The notes under the pieces were generated by a model. The model did not search any database. It was given only the letters and a program-made list of their open reading frames with translations, and was not told the origin of the DNA. A DNA stretch of 63,456 bases, filler included, from Ministeria vibrans ATCC 50519 (lineage: Eukaryota > Protista > Filasterea), in assembly GCA_943704425.1 (NCBI GenBank). It is 17 parts of 17 records of this genome, joined end to end, with 100 filler letters (N's around TTAATTAATTAA, not from the genome) between each part and the next. Parts side by side here need not be neighbours in the genome. Positions count along the whole stretch, not along the records: positions 10,267 to 12,896 come from CALSCP010002641.1; positions 12,997 to 16,393 come from CALSCP010002161.1; positions 16,494 to 22,039 come from CALSCP010002814.1; positions 22,140 to 27,758 come from CALSCP010001940.1; 13 more parts are not named here. One strand, written 5' to 3'. Below, piece by piece: positions 12,663 to 26,918 of this stretch (the first letter of the stretch is position 1; each line of letters starts with the position of its first letter). The translations under genes and the position numbers were made by a program.

Positions 12663-13002
12663 CTGGAAAAAAAGAAGACAGTGAGAAAAGGATGTGTGTG
12701 CTGTCAAGAAGGATTCGAAAGGACAGAGTGAGAGAGCGCGACAGACAGCGCATGAATGCAGACCATGTTGGCAGTGTAGCATTGTGGAGGTAATAGAAAA
12801 AGAATGGAGCTCGGGCCAGAGTGCGCGTTGAAGAGATGGCGGATGGGCGAGCGAATGAAGGAAAAACGAGTGTGTTGCGAGGAGAGAGAAAAAAAANNNN
12901 NNNNNNNNNNNNNNNNNNNNNNNNNNNNNNNNNNNNNNNNTTAATTAATTAANNNNNNNNNNNNNNNNNNNNNNNNNNNNNNNNNNNNNNNNNNNNTAAA
13001 AT

Positions 13003-13154
13003 CAGGAGGCGTTTTCAGCTGCTGAGCGGTTTACTTGCTTGGGTGAATGGCTTTGCATGCAAGTCTCTCGGAATGTCCGCTTCGGCCCATGCGGGGGTGA
13101 AGCAGTCGCTTCGGATGGCTAGATTGTCTTGTACAATGAAGCTTTTGCCCTAGG
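13003..13154 (+). repeat. Dispersed ~155-nt element, copy 1 (candidate structured ncRNA or transposon end)
   Basis: Homologous to the reverse complement of 21063-21232. Identical blocks: CAGGAGGCGTT, GCATGCAAGTCTC, TTCGGCCCATGCGGGG and CTAGATTGTCTTGTACAATGAAGCTTT. Confidence 0.85.
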
Positions 13155-13288
13155 ACTTCCAAAAAAAAAATCCGATCGGTTCTCAGTGTCTTGAGGGAAA
13201 ACAAGCCGATCTGTTCATGTATGGGGTGGGTGTACATGAGATGTGACTGAGGAGAGGTTTGATTTTACTTTGAAATTTTATTTGACTC

Positions 13289-14965
13289 TCACTTCTCAGA
13301 AGGTTTGCGGTCAGGATCATCCACTGGGAAACGGCGATACCTATGATCATCCCAGGGCGGCAGAGTGTGCTTGGCCGGTGAATCTTCCGGAGTGGCGAAT
13401 GCTTTGAGATAGGCCTGTTTGGCCACGTTGGTGTCCATATCGGCGAAAAAGGAGACGTCGTTGATTTCGGTGATGACGAGGGGGCGCGTGGCGGGATGCT
13501 CGGGGGGTGCGTGCCACTCAAGATTAAGAAGTTCGCCATCGCGGTGGTGGGCGAGGCCGCCGCCGTAGGACATGACTTGGTTGGCAAAGGGCTCACCCTC
13601 GGCACTCGCAATGAGGTAGGTGTCGCCTTCCGCCTTCACAAAGCGCCAGTGCGCGTTTGGGGCTGAGCGGGTCGCCAGCCCTTGATCGCTGTGCATATTG
13701 TAGGGATCAAGACAACAAATGAAGTTGGTCTCGATGTTCCAGCCGCTTCCCCACCGCTTGCAGTAAGAGCGGTGGAGCACATTGGCACAGTGCAGGTTGG
13801 GGCGCAGTTCCTTGCTAGTGTACGACACCAGGACCACCTTGGGATTGTTAAGGTCGTCGTCGCTCATGTTCGCTTCGAGCACAAACTCGACACGGAAGAA
13901 GGCGTAGTCGTCAAAAAAGACGCCTGTGTTGAACAGCGTGTGCACGCAGGCGATAAGATTCAGAGCGCCTTCGTTAAATGAGCGCAAGTAGAGTGTCGGG
14001 CTCGTCTTCAGATGGTACACGTGGCCGTCTTTGAAGGGGGCATGTAGAGGATCCAGCCAGTGCACCAGGATGATTCGCTCGGGAAGGAACCGCACAAACG
14101 TCGCATCGTCGGCCCCCTCGTGCCTGTGAGCGCTGCAATCTATACACCTTACAACAGAGCACATTAGAAGGACGCCCTGATTTCACATCTTCATACGTAC
14201 TTTTGATAGCATGCAATGAGGAGCTTCAGGTACTTCTTTGGGTGATGCCTCATCCGGCCAAGCAACGACGCGTTCAGCTCCGTTTGCACACCGCCTTCGT
14301 CCTTGTCCGTTGGGGGGCGTGTCAAATGGACAAGCTGCTCAAGCGTATCAAAGTACATAATGGCGGCAGCAACATACACCTTCAGCTGCGTCTGGTACCA
14401 ACCAATCTCGGGATCGTTCATGTCCATCAGCGACTTTAAATCTGAGAGAATCTAAAATATAAAAATGAGCGCACAAACTTCTAGCAGGCAAACAAAATTC
14501 AGAGCAGTGGGTTTTCAGTGTTGCGCCGCACAACAGCACACAAAATAATAATTATTATTATGATACCGTTCCGTATAATTCAAGTGCCTTCCGATAAAAC
14601 TCGACACGTCTCGTGCTGGTCAGCGCCTTCTGCCTCTCGAGCTCGTCGCCCTCATACTTCCGGTCGGTTGACGGATCGACGAGGCAATGCTCCGCGTCTG
14701 ACGTGTTCTGAGCGCCAAGTTCGAGCAGAACGTTGTTATCACGGAGTTTCACTCGCATCTCACTCCTCTTCAAGTCAGCCACGCCCAGCGTCTCCATCGT
14801 TGTTTCCATCTTGCTCTTCGACACCCCCATTACTTTGTCAATCATATCGGTGACCTTTTTGCCAGCAGGCGTCTTGTCGTAACTCTTTTGAATTTCATAC
14901 GCGATAAGATTCTCAACCACCAACCCTGACAAGAGAACAACAACTCCGGTTGCCATATCCAACAC
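13289..14965 (-). CDS. Hypothetical protein with a helical N-terminal domain and a beta-rich C-terminal domain, 3 exons
   Basis: ORFs 14558-14965, 14191-14427 and 13289-14164 can be joined by GT-AG introns in consistent phases (YGT|ILSDLK; YQK|CID). No firm family assignment. Confidence 0.6.
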
Positions 14966-15377
14966 TCCAACACTATTACACTATTACTGTCGCTGTGTTA
15001 AAGAAAAATTTAATAATGAATAATGTTACATTAACTTCACATTAACTCGCTGGCGCCGTTTCTTTTCTGCTCCGCGCAAGTCTGTAGCAGAACAATCAAC
15101 AAAAATAGCACAACAAACACACGTATATGACGTACTGCGAGATCAAGATTAAAGATGAAAAACAGAATATTATTGGCAATTGGGTTATTTATGAACGGAG
15201 CAAATTGAGAGAAGCGATATTTACAATGCAGACAGCGGAGTGGACGTCCTGAAGACATCCTGGTCGTTCACGTCGACACGGTAGGTGGGAGTCACGAGGA
15301 TAGCAACATCTTCGCACATCGCGTCCGTGACAGAGCAACGTCGGCCATGCCATGAGCGAAGCATTGCTCCTCGCATG

Positions 15378-15438
15378 AGGGTGGCCGAGCGTTTTGTTTT
15401 CTGAACCTTCTTTAGAAAACAAAACGCTCGGCCACCCT
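15378..15438. repeat. Perfect 25-bp inverted repeat (hairpin) with an 11-nt loop
   Basis: AGGGTGGCCGAGCGTTTTGTTTTCT (15378-15402) and its exact reverse complement (15414-15438). Confidence 0.95.
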
Positions 15439-15454
15439 TATTTATTGTTATTAC

Positions 15455-15507
<53 letters not shown>

Positions 15508-15515
15508 CTTTCGCG

Positions 15516-16036
15516 TGGTGACTGTATCATTAATAAATGAGTTGTATTCTTCTTCTTCTTCTATTATTATTATTATTATTATTGTTATTAATAAAAAATA
15601 TAATTATTTTATTATTTAAGAGACTGATCAAAAAAAACTGTATTATGTTATTGCTCGACATCGAGTGGTTATCTGGGCCCGATAGCCCGTTTTTTCACTT
15701 TCTTTTGCACCGTTGATCACCCATTTTGGTGCACAACTTCCACTTCTCGCTTACGTTCCAAAATCCCCTCTTTGTGACAAACAATAGCAAACGTTTTTAC
15801 TCGATATCGAGTTTTTGAAAAAAATCCAGTTTTTTTGATCACTCTCTTTTTATTATTATAAATGGGTTGTATTCTGCTTCTTATTGTTATTATAATAATA
15901 AAAAAACTTAATAATAATTAGAAGAAGAAGAATACAACCCATTTATAGAAGAAGAAGAATACAACCCATTAATTTTATTAATGATACAGTCACGAAGAAG
16001 AAGAATACAACCCATTTATGCATGATACAGTCACCA
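15516..16036. mobile_element. Foldback/MITE-like element with ~45-bp imperfect terminal inverted repeats
   Basis: The left end TGGTGACTGTATCATTAATAAATGAGTTGTATTCTTCTTCTTC is mirrored at the right end by GAAGAAGAAGAATACAACCCATTTATGCATGATACAGTCACCA, with extra partial copies at 15920-15993. There is an inner IR, GATCAAAAAAAAACTG / CAGTTTTTTTGATC. Confidence 0.65.
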
Positions 16037-16493
16037 GATCTACAGCAAAAGCACAAGTGCAATCGCTATCCAGTGAGGTAATCGCAATGGTACGCCATAC
16101 CCCCAGTGGAGGCTTAGGGCTCTGACAAGCTGTAACAGCTGTCTAATATTATTATAATTATTTTTTCCTATTTATTATAATAATAATAATAATAATAATA
16201 ATAATTATTATTTTATCCTCAACACGCTCGAGACGCTGCACCCAATGCCGGCGGGGGCGCCAGCAAGACGGGTCCTGTGCTACTACCGTGTCAAGGACGG
16301 CGAGCTCGTGAAGGCAGCGGAGAGTCTGTCCACAAACGAGTGGCGAGCGCGTCTCCAAGACACGCCCAGCCTCAGCGGACCTACGAGCGCGTCNNNNNNN
16401 NNNNNNNNNNNNNNNNNNNNNNNNNNNNNNNNNNNNNTTAATTAATTAANNNNNNNNNNNNNNNNNNNNNNNNNNNNNNNNNNNNNNNNNNNN

Positions 16494-16602
16494 GAGCTCC
16501 GAACCTTGTCGAATCTTGGCGAACCTTGAGCGGCGCTCGAATATTCGAGGTTCGGAAGATTCGAAGATTCGAAGATTCGAAGATTCGATTTACCAGGGCC
16601 TA
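16494..16602. mobile_element. Probable terminus of a hAT-like DNA transposon
   Basis: Tandem GAAGATTC subterminal repeats ending in ...GATTTACCAGGGCCTA. The reverse complement TAGGCCCTGGTAAATCGAATCTTCGAATC resembles hAT TAG-starting ends with CGAATC repeats. Confidence 0.45.
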
Positions 16603-17445
16603 GTTTTTTGTTCTGTTCCTGTGACAAATCGCGAGCTTATCAACTGTCAAAGTAAGATGCAATCTATGAGGTGTATGTATGTGGTTGCTTGCGAAGGTCG
16701 GCGAAGGCTGCAATTTGCGCTTTCTGCAAACGCGTAAAAAGATGGAGAGAATCGCATCGGTTTCGGGTGCCGCATGCTCCGAGGGGTTGTATACGTTGCA
16801 ATTATAGTATTGGTGGTAACGGCGATGGCCGGCGAATGCTGAAGCGGCCGAAATCTTAGCGCGTTGTGCAACTGCCAAAACACGATCACCAAGAGGAGTG
16901 CCTCGGTTTCGGATGACACATGGTCCCAGAGTTTGTGTGAAGTGTTAGGGAGGCAGTAGTGATGGGCGGCCACTGCGATGGCTGCTATATGTTCTACTTT
17001 GTGAAGTCGTGGCGTGTCAACCAAAGAATCGCCCTATTTTCGGGTGCCAGGTTTTTACAATCTATTTGAGTAGTGGTGGCGATAGCACAATACTATTGCT
17101 CTAAGAGAGACAAAACGAAAGGGTTGAGCTTGTTTGAGTTGTTTCGTGGCTCAGGGTGATTGAATGTTTAGGGGTCCTTCTCTTTTTTCTTTGATGTTTT
17201 TCTGCAAACGATGCTCGCTACCACGTTCAAATGGGGATGTGCCGTACAAGACCAAGAGTAGGCTTTTCTGTTCAACTTGCGTTCATGCCATGTTCATAGC
17301 GCTCCTCACTTTTCTTCCCGATTCGTTTTTTTCTTCCTCGTGGAATTACCCTCTCGCTTTCCCGTACTCCGCCCCCACAATTTCTGCCTCTGTCAAGCAC
17401 GCTGAACCTTTCCATGTCTTCTTTCTAGAAGTCGTGCGTTCGCGA

Positions 17446-20400
17446 TGGTGAGCGTCCGAAATGCAGTTCTTTGCACACTTCTCGCCGTCTTTCTGGTTTT
17501 GGATTGGCCGAGAAACGCGGTGATGGACTTGCCCAACTTCATTTGGACACAACCTCCAGTTCCATGGCTGTCACCTATGGTGACCCTGATGCCTCTTTCC
17601 CCTTGGCAACGTATACCACCCATCGAATCTAAAATCAAGTCCCATGAAGAAGTAAGATGGAAAAAAACAGGCTCTCACCAACCAAGCACATCCTTGTAGA
17701 ACCTTAGTTCCGGCTCTGTTTCCATGAGCTATGGTCTTCCAGAGTTTGTATCCCGTCAAGCTGATGACTTCCTCAGTGGTGAGGTCCCGACTTCTCAAGT
17801 TCTTATTGACTTCCTCGCTGACACTGGCGACGGCACATCATCGACGTTCGCCGTACTTGGCACGGTCGGACAGCCGCAAGTGAACCTTAACAATTTAAAC
17901 GATGCCATCACACTTCCACGTGCGAATCACTTGATTATCGGGGGCGATTTGGTCTATCCTGAGCCAACTTGGGAAGTATGGAAAAAGCGATTTATCACGC
18001 CTTTCTTTGCTGCGGGCGTCTGTTCATTCGAAAGCGGGCCGCGCAGTCGTGGCGAGAAGGAGTCTTCTTCGACTAAGCATAATGAGACCATTGAGTTTCT
18101 TAAAATTCCTTCACACCGTATGCCAATGGTGGAATGGGCCGCACAGGGGCGATTATGGACCACTTTACTGCACTATGTCACTCAGGCTTCAAGATCTGGC
18201 TCTTCTGCTCCTGACACCAGCCTGGGTCGTGACACTCCAACGAAAAACATTAAGAATTTCAACAAATCGAGTTTGGATCAAGGTCAACAGACTAAAAGAC
18301 CGCGTTTGTGGGCGACTTTTGGCAATCACGACTCTCTCGATGGCGGCAACGTCTTTCAGCGAGGAATATTGCTGCGTGACAACATCACAAGCTTTTCGCC
18401 ATGGCTCCTTCCCCAGACGCAGCCCTTTTTTCATTTTATCGAAACCCATTGGCTGTTTCTCTCTGTCAATGACCAGCACGGCGCGGGAACCTCTGATCGA
18501 GACATTGACTCTCTTCAATTTCTAACTATCATGGACTTACTGGCATCTAACGCTTCTTTTCACTCGGTTGTTCTTATCATCCATCAGCCATTTTGGCTCG
18601 ATTCAAAGCCATACCCTGGTCCATTGTTACAAAAGGTGATGAATACTCTTTTCGGTCGATTGCGCGCGATTATCGCCGGCGACATGCATTACTTCGCTCA
18701 TTGGGCTCCGAAAGAGGACCCGCGTGCAGGACTCAATGATGAATTCAACACCAATTTCATGGTAAAGTCCGGAATATTTCTATCAAAGTATCTTGAAGAG
18801 CTCCCCCATCGGCTTCCTCATCTGATTGTATCCGGAGGAGGGGGAGCGTTTTTGCACCCAACAACGCACGTACCCGAAGAAGTCCGTCTCCATTTGGGGA
18901 CTATTTCGCCTCTTCACCCGAACAGCCAACGGCCCAAAAAAGGCACTAAAAACCCAGCAATTGATGAGTTGGGAGTGTGGGCTTATGAATTGGACCAGAC
19001 GTTTCCCTCAAAGAAAGCTGACATGGGTCCTTTGGTGAATAATCTGCTTTTTTATCGTGTTTTGTTTTTGTTTGGCTGCGTTTTCTTCGCCTCTGTTATC
19101 TCCTGTACTATTCCGAGCGATAATCACCTTTTTTTCCGCACTCTTGTGAAGTATTGTAGCGTTTCTTTTGCTGAATTACTTTGGCTACTTCTTGTGGTTG
19201 CGGCTTTCTTCGCGTTGTTTGTATTCCTTCCTTCCTCGCTGACTTTTGATCGTGACACCTCGGTATTTAGCCCTGTGTTTGTTTCACTGCTCCTCTCGTT
19301 GTTGTTTAATCTGCCGAATTCCCGATACTTCGATACTGCGCGAATTTTACGTGGGATCACTGGAACGGTAAGTCTGTTTCTCAATTATCTGGCTGCTCGA
19401 CTTGTGTTCGTCTTCTAATGTAGTCCATTTTACAGAGAAATTCCGCACAGTCTTTCGCTATTGTTGTTGCATGTCTCTCGGCCACAACCTTCACCATGGC
19501 TCTTTCGTCAGGATATTCCAATGAGTTTGATGAACATCAGTGGACTGTTGTCGATGCTCTCAAGGCCACACTGGTCTGTTTGTTTGAATCCACATCACGA
19601 GTGTTGGAACTTTATTGGTTGTTTTCGGTTCCCTACCTGGTACCGATGCTGTGGAAGCCTATGCGTAAAAGATTCACTTTCCTGGAGATCTTTGAGGCTG
19701 ATGTGGAAATCGATCCTTTTTTGATTGGAATTTTTTCGATAATATCTCGCAGACTCTATGACACCTTCTACCACCATGTCTATGAAGGGATTCCTGATTT
19801 CGATTTGTATTATGCTCAACTGTGCGTTTTGTTCTGCACTACTTTGCTCAAATTAATCTGGAAACATCTCTCCCTAGTCTGTCAATTGCACTTCGTTGCT
19901 TCTGACGATGATGCTGCAGTTGACGTACTATGGGAACTGAAACTTGATGCTTTCGTTGTGTTGTGTTCTTGTGGCCGACTTTTCTACTATCTTTGGAATA
20001 TTTATAGAGGCAGGGCAATTCCGGATACTCAGAACGCATGGGTTGCTTCCGTCTTGGTGGACATCTATTGGTACTATGGCTCCGTTCTTTGGCTTTTTCT
20101 TCACACGTTGTTTTGGATGCTAAAAAAGAGAGATTCTCTCAAACTTCCTGAGAGCCTTTCCTCCCTTACCCCCTCAGCCAGCACTCCACCAGCCGCCTCG
20201 AGCCCAGAGCGGACGAGCGTCCCCCGCCAAAGTCATCCGCCGGACTCACCCGCGCTGCCCATGGCCCCAGGCCCAGATACCGCCGCCATGCCTCCTGCCA
20301 CGGACTACTCATCCCCGCCTCCAGCGCCCCAGGCATCGCTAAAAGCAAGGGTTTTCCGATTTGCATACATCCTCTCCTGCTTTGTGTTCTCCCAGTATTT

Positions 20401-20725
20401 TATTTACGCGCTAATCTACCTCACGAGCGTGTTCCATCTCTTTACGGCCAATGACAGCGAAAGCCCCTTTCTGAGCAACCTCTTCTCATTCTATTCACTG
20501 GAGGAATTCAAGCACTTTCTTCGGATCAATGTGACTGACATCAATCTCGGTGTTCACGTTATCGGGCTTCGTGAACCCCTCTCCAACACCGATTTTGCCA
20601 ATCTCACATCAAGAGAAGATCCCAACATCATTGGCTGGTTCTACCCACACGGCCACTACTTCAACACGCATCCGACTTTGGTGGACTTCTTCAACATTTC
20701 ATCGACTTACATCCCAGAGTATTAA
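17446..20725 (+). CDS. Calcineurin-like metallophosphoesterase with a multi-pass membrane C-terminal half (At4g11800-like family), 3 exons
   Basis: Motifs DFLADTGDG, LPRANHLIIGGDLVYP, GNHD, DIDSLQF, AGDMHYF and SGGGGAFLHPT. Introns at about 17653-17699 and 19369-19423 join the three ORFs in frame. C-terminal FSFYSLEEFKHFLRINV. Confidence 0.85.
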
Positions 20726-21062
20726 CTTGTACGCAATTAATAATAATCAAAATAAACAAAATAATAATAATAATCAAGATGAGAATAAATCACTTATGTG
20801 GAACACCTGTAAAATGATGGTGACTTTGACCTTGGTGTCGGTGTTTGGCATTGGGTTGAAAGCGGAGCGTGTGTGGAGGAAGAAGATGATGATGATGAAC
20901 GATTTGGATTGAATTAGCAGGACTGGGCGAGTTTGGCATCGCACTTACGAGAGTGGTGTACCCAGCTTGAGAAGGACCCTGATGATGATTATTGCTACCG
21001 TAATATTTTCTATGACGATGGTGACTCTCATTATGGAATTGATCAACTTTTTTTTAAGAAAA

Positions 21063-21232
21063 CCTAGGATGAAAGCTTCATTGTACAAGACAATCTAGGC
21101 CCTCCGAAGCGGCTGCTCCATCCCCGCATGGGCCGAACGGTAATCAGATCGAGACTTGCATGCGCTCAAGAAGGTGCACCCAGGCAAGCACACCTCCGAG
21201 CCCAGCTAATGCAAAGCTGCGAACGCCTCCTG
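21063..21232 (-). repeat. Dispersed ~170-nt element, copy 2 (homolog of 13003-13154)
   Basis: Direct sequence comparison with copy 1; homology stops sharply after CCTAGG in both copies. Confidence 0.85.
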
Positions 21233-21306
21233 GTGAAGTTTATAGAGATTCCCTCGGGGTGAAGTTTATAGAGATTCCCTCTGGTGAAGTTTATAGAGAT
21301 TCCCTC
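21232..21306. repeat. Three tandem copies of the 24-mer GGTGAAGTTTATAGAGATTCCCTC
   Basis: Exact copies at 21232-21255, 21258-21281 and 21283-21306. Confidence 0.95.
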
Positions 21307-21821
21307 TCAGCAGCACTTAATGCTATCGTCTCCGTCAGCGTGCACGCTGGCCGCTGCCTCTCACACCCCGACTTTCGCCAGAGTTGGCTGGTTTCTCATG
21401 TATGCACGCGTCATCGTGTGGCGCCATTCTTGACGCCGCAGTCTCACTTCAAGCTCACTTCCGTCTCACTTCAAGCTTCACTTCTGTCTCACTTCCAGGC
21501 TCGCGTCCAATTTGCGTCGGCCTATCACAAGTTTGAATGCCTTCTTCGCTGCCGATACATTGGAAGAGGGATTAAATCGACGTCGCGACATGTCGAAACA
21601 GAAAAAAAATAATATATTATTTACCCATGTCCCACACATTTACATTTGAATGGGTATGTGTTGTATTAGACTCTACTCGTGTCCCACACATCTGTGTCAT
21701 ATTTTGCATGTGTCCTATATGACCACACACCCGCGATACACGACGTATATGATGGATACCACGTATTTAGAGAAAAACCAAAAAAGTGAAAATAAAAAAA
21801 AAATTTTTTTTAAAATATTTT

Positions 21822-21996
21822 AAATCCTCGTCGAAATTTTTGGGCGACTCACAACTAGAATTTAGGCCATATGTATACAACTATATTATATGTGTATACC
21901 ACATTTACGAGATTTGTGTGTACTACCACCCTATACATGTACACCACATTTGTTAAATTCTAGTTGTGAGTCGCCCAAAAATTTCGACGAGGATTT
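21822..21996. mobile_element. 175-bp MITE-like element with perfect 43-bp inverted repeats
   Basis: AAATCCTCGTCGAAATTTTTGGGCGACTCACAACTAGAATTTA (21822-21864) and its exact reverse complement (21954-21996) flank an AT-rich spacer. Confidence 0.75.
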
Positions 21997-22002
21997 CAAT
22001 TA

Positions 22003-22039
<37 letters not shown>

Positions 22040-22139
22040 NNNNNNNNNNNNNNNNNNNNNNNNNNNNNNNNNNNNNNNNNNNNTTAATTAATTAANNNNN
22101 NNNNNNNNNNNNNNNNNNNNNNNNNNNNNNNNNNNNNNN

Positions 22140-22170
<31 letters not shown>

Positions 22171-22174
22171 AGTG

Positions 22175-22276
<102 letters not shown>

Positions 22277-23124
22277 AGGAAAGGAGAGAAGGATTTTGTC
22301 AGAGACTGCATTGCATGCCTGTGCCTCGCTGCTGACGTCAACACCGTACCCATCACTCATGTCGACGCGCGACCCTTTCCCCAACACCAAGCCATTGCTC
22401 GCCTTGACAAGCGTGGCTCCTACATGACGAAACAAGAGAGAGTGTGTGAAAGCGAAGAAGCAAGAACGTAGGCTTTACCCTTCTCCTTTGGCATGTGCAC
22501 ACGTCAACGGACAACGGGCCACCAAAACAGATAGACCAGTGTCTGCAGATACCAGAAGGGAAAACGAATAAAATTGAAATAAATGGCACAATCAAAATCA
22601 ACGATCAAATTGAGAAGTTTAGATAACTTATGCTGCGCTGGTCGCCTGTACTTAACTTTACTTCCAATTGATAAATTCAATACCGATACTTGAGCTGAGG
22701 CTCGGTTTTAAGCAAAAATATCAAGCACAGAGAAACAGGACGTATAAGAGCCCTTAGGAACTTCTTACTCACTTCTTAGTCTCTACTCTCAGTCTCTCAC
22801 TTTCAAATATTTTCCTATCGCGGCAGGCCCTTCTCATCTCACACTATGAGCGTAAGAGCGAGTTTTTGCTCTTTTCGGGCTTCTTTTCTTCTCGTTTGAG
22901 TGCAACCGATGTTTATTTTTGACATTGCTGGGAACTCTGTGCGATGTGCATTTTCGACAGTTCCCAGGCCCCTGCGCCTGCCTCGCCCTGTTTGCCCCGC
23001 AGCACATGCACCTACGTGCCGCTATGCAGCCCGCCGCTGCGCTGTGTTGCTGATGCGATGCGTCCTATTGCTCTAAACTCCACTCACAGAGAGAGAGGAG
23101 AAAAAAAAAAAAGGGGAGACTTCA

Positions 23125-26636
<3,512 letters not shown>

Positions 26637-26918
26637 GTGCCGACCACGTGTGCGTGTGTGTCAGTTTGTGTGTGTTTATTGTTTGTGTGGGTGTCGATGT
26701 CAGTGTGAGTGTTTGAGTGAGCGAGTGTGTGAGAGAGAAGAGAACCCTAATGAAACTAGTATTCTTTCTATATCTGTGTGTGGACTGTTTAGTTGCATCT
26801 TTGGTTGTACACACTGCACGTCACCTTCCATTACCTAATATAGCTTAGTCAAAGAGTTCTGAGCTGCGATCAAATATTGGCCCATATTCAAAATTAAGAT
26901 AATTTTTTATTGAGGTCC

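Noticed and set aside
13003-13154. The dispersed element as telomerase RNA, a group I intron or a hammerhead ribozyme
   Set aside because: No CUAACCCU template, no group I R/S core and no CUGAUGA/GAAA hammerhead core visible on either strand.
16245-16393. GC-rich ORF start MPAGAPARRVLCYYRVKDG
   Set aside because: Too short and cut by the linker; cannot be assigned.
19369-19496. Apparent frameshift between the two metallophosphoesterase ORFs
   Set aside because: A short GTAAGT...TAG intron joins them in frame.
21232-21306. CRISPR-like array of 24-bp repeats
   Set aside because: Only 1-2 nt separate the repeats, there are no spacers and no cas genes, and the context is eukaryotic.
22300-22560. 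Possible short minus-strand exons (GATLVKASNGLVLGKGSRVDMSDG)
   Set aside because: Plausibly coding but truncated at a contig end, with ambiguous frame and no recognisable family.
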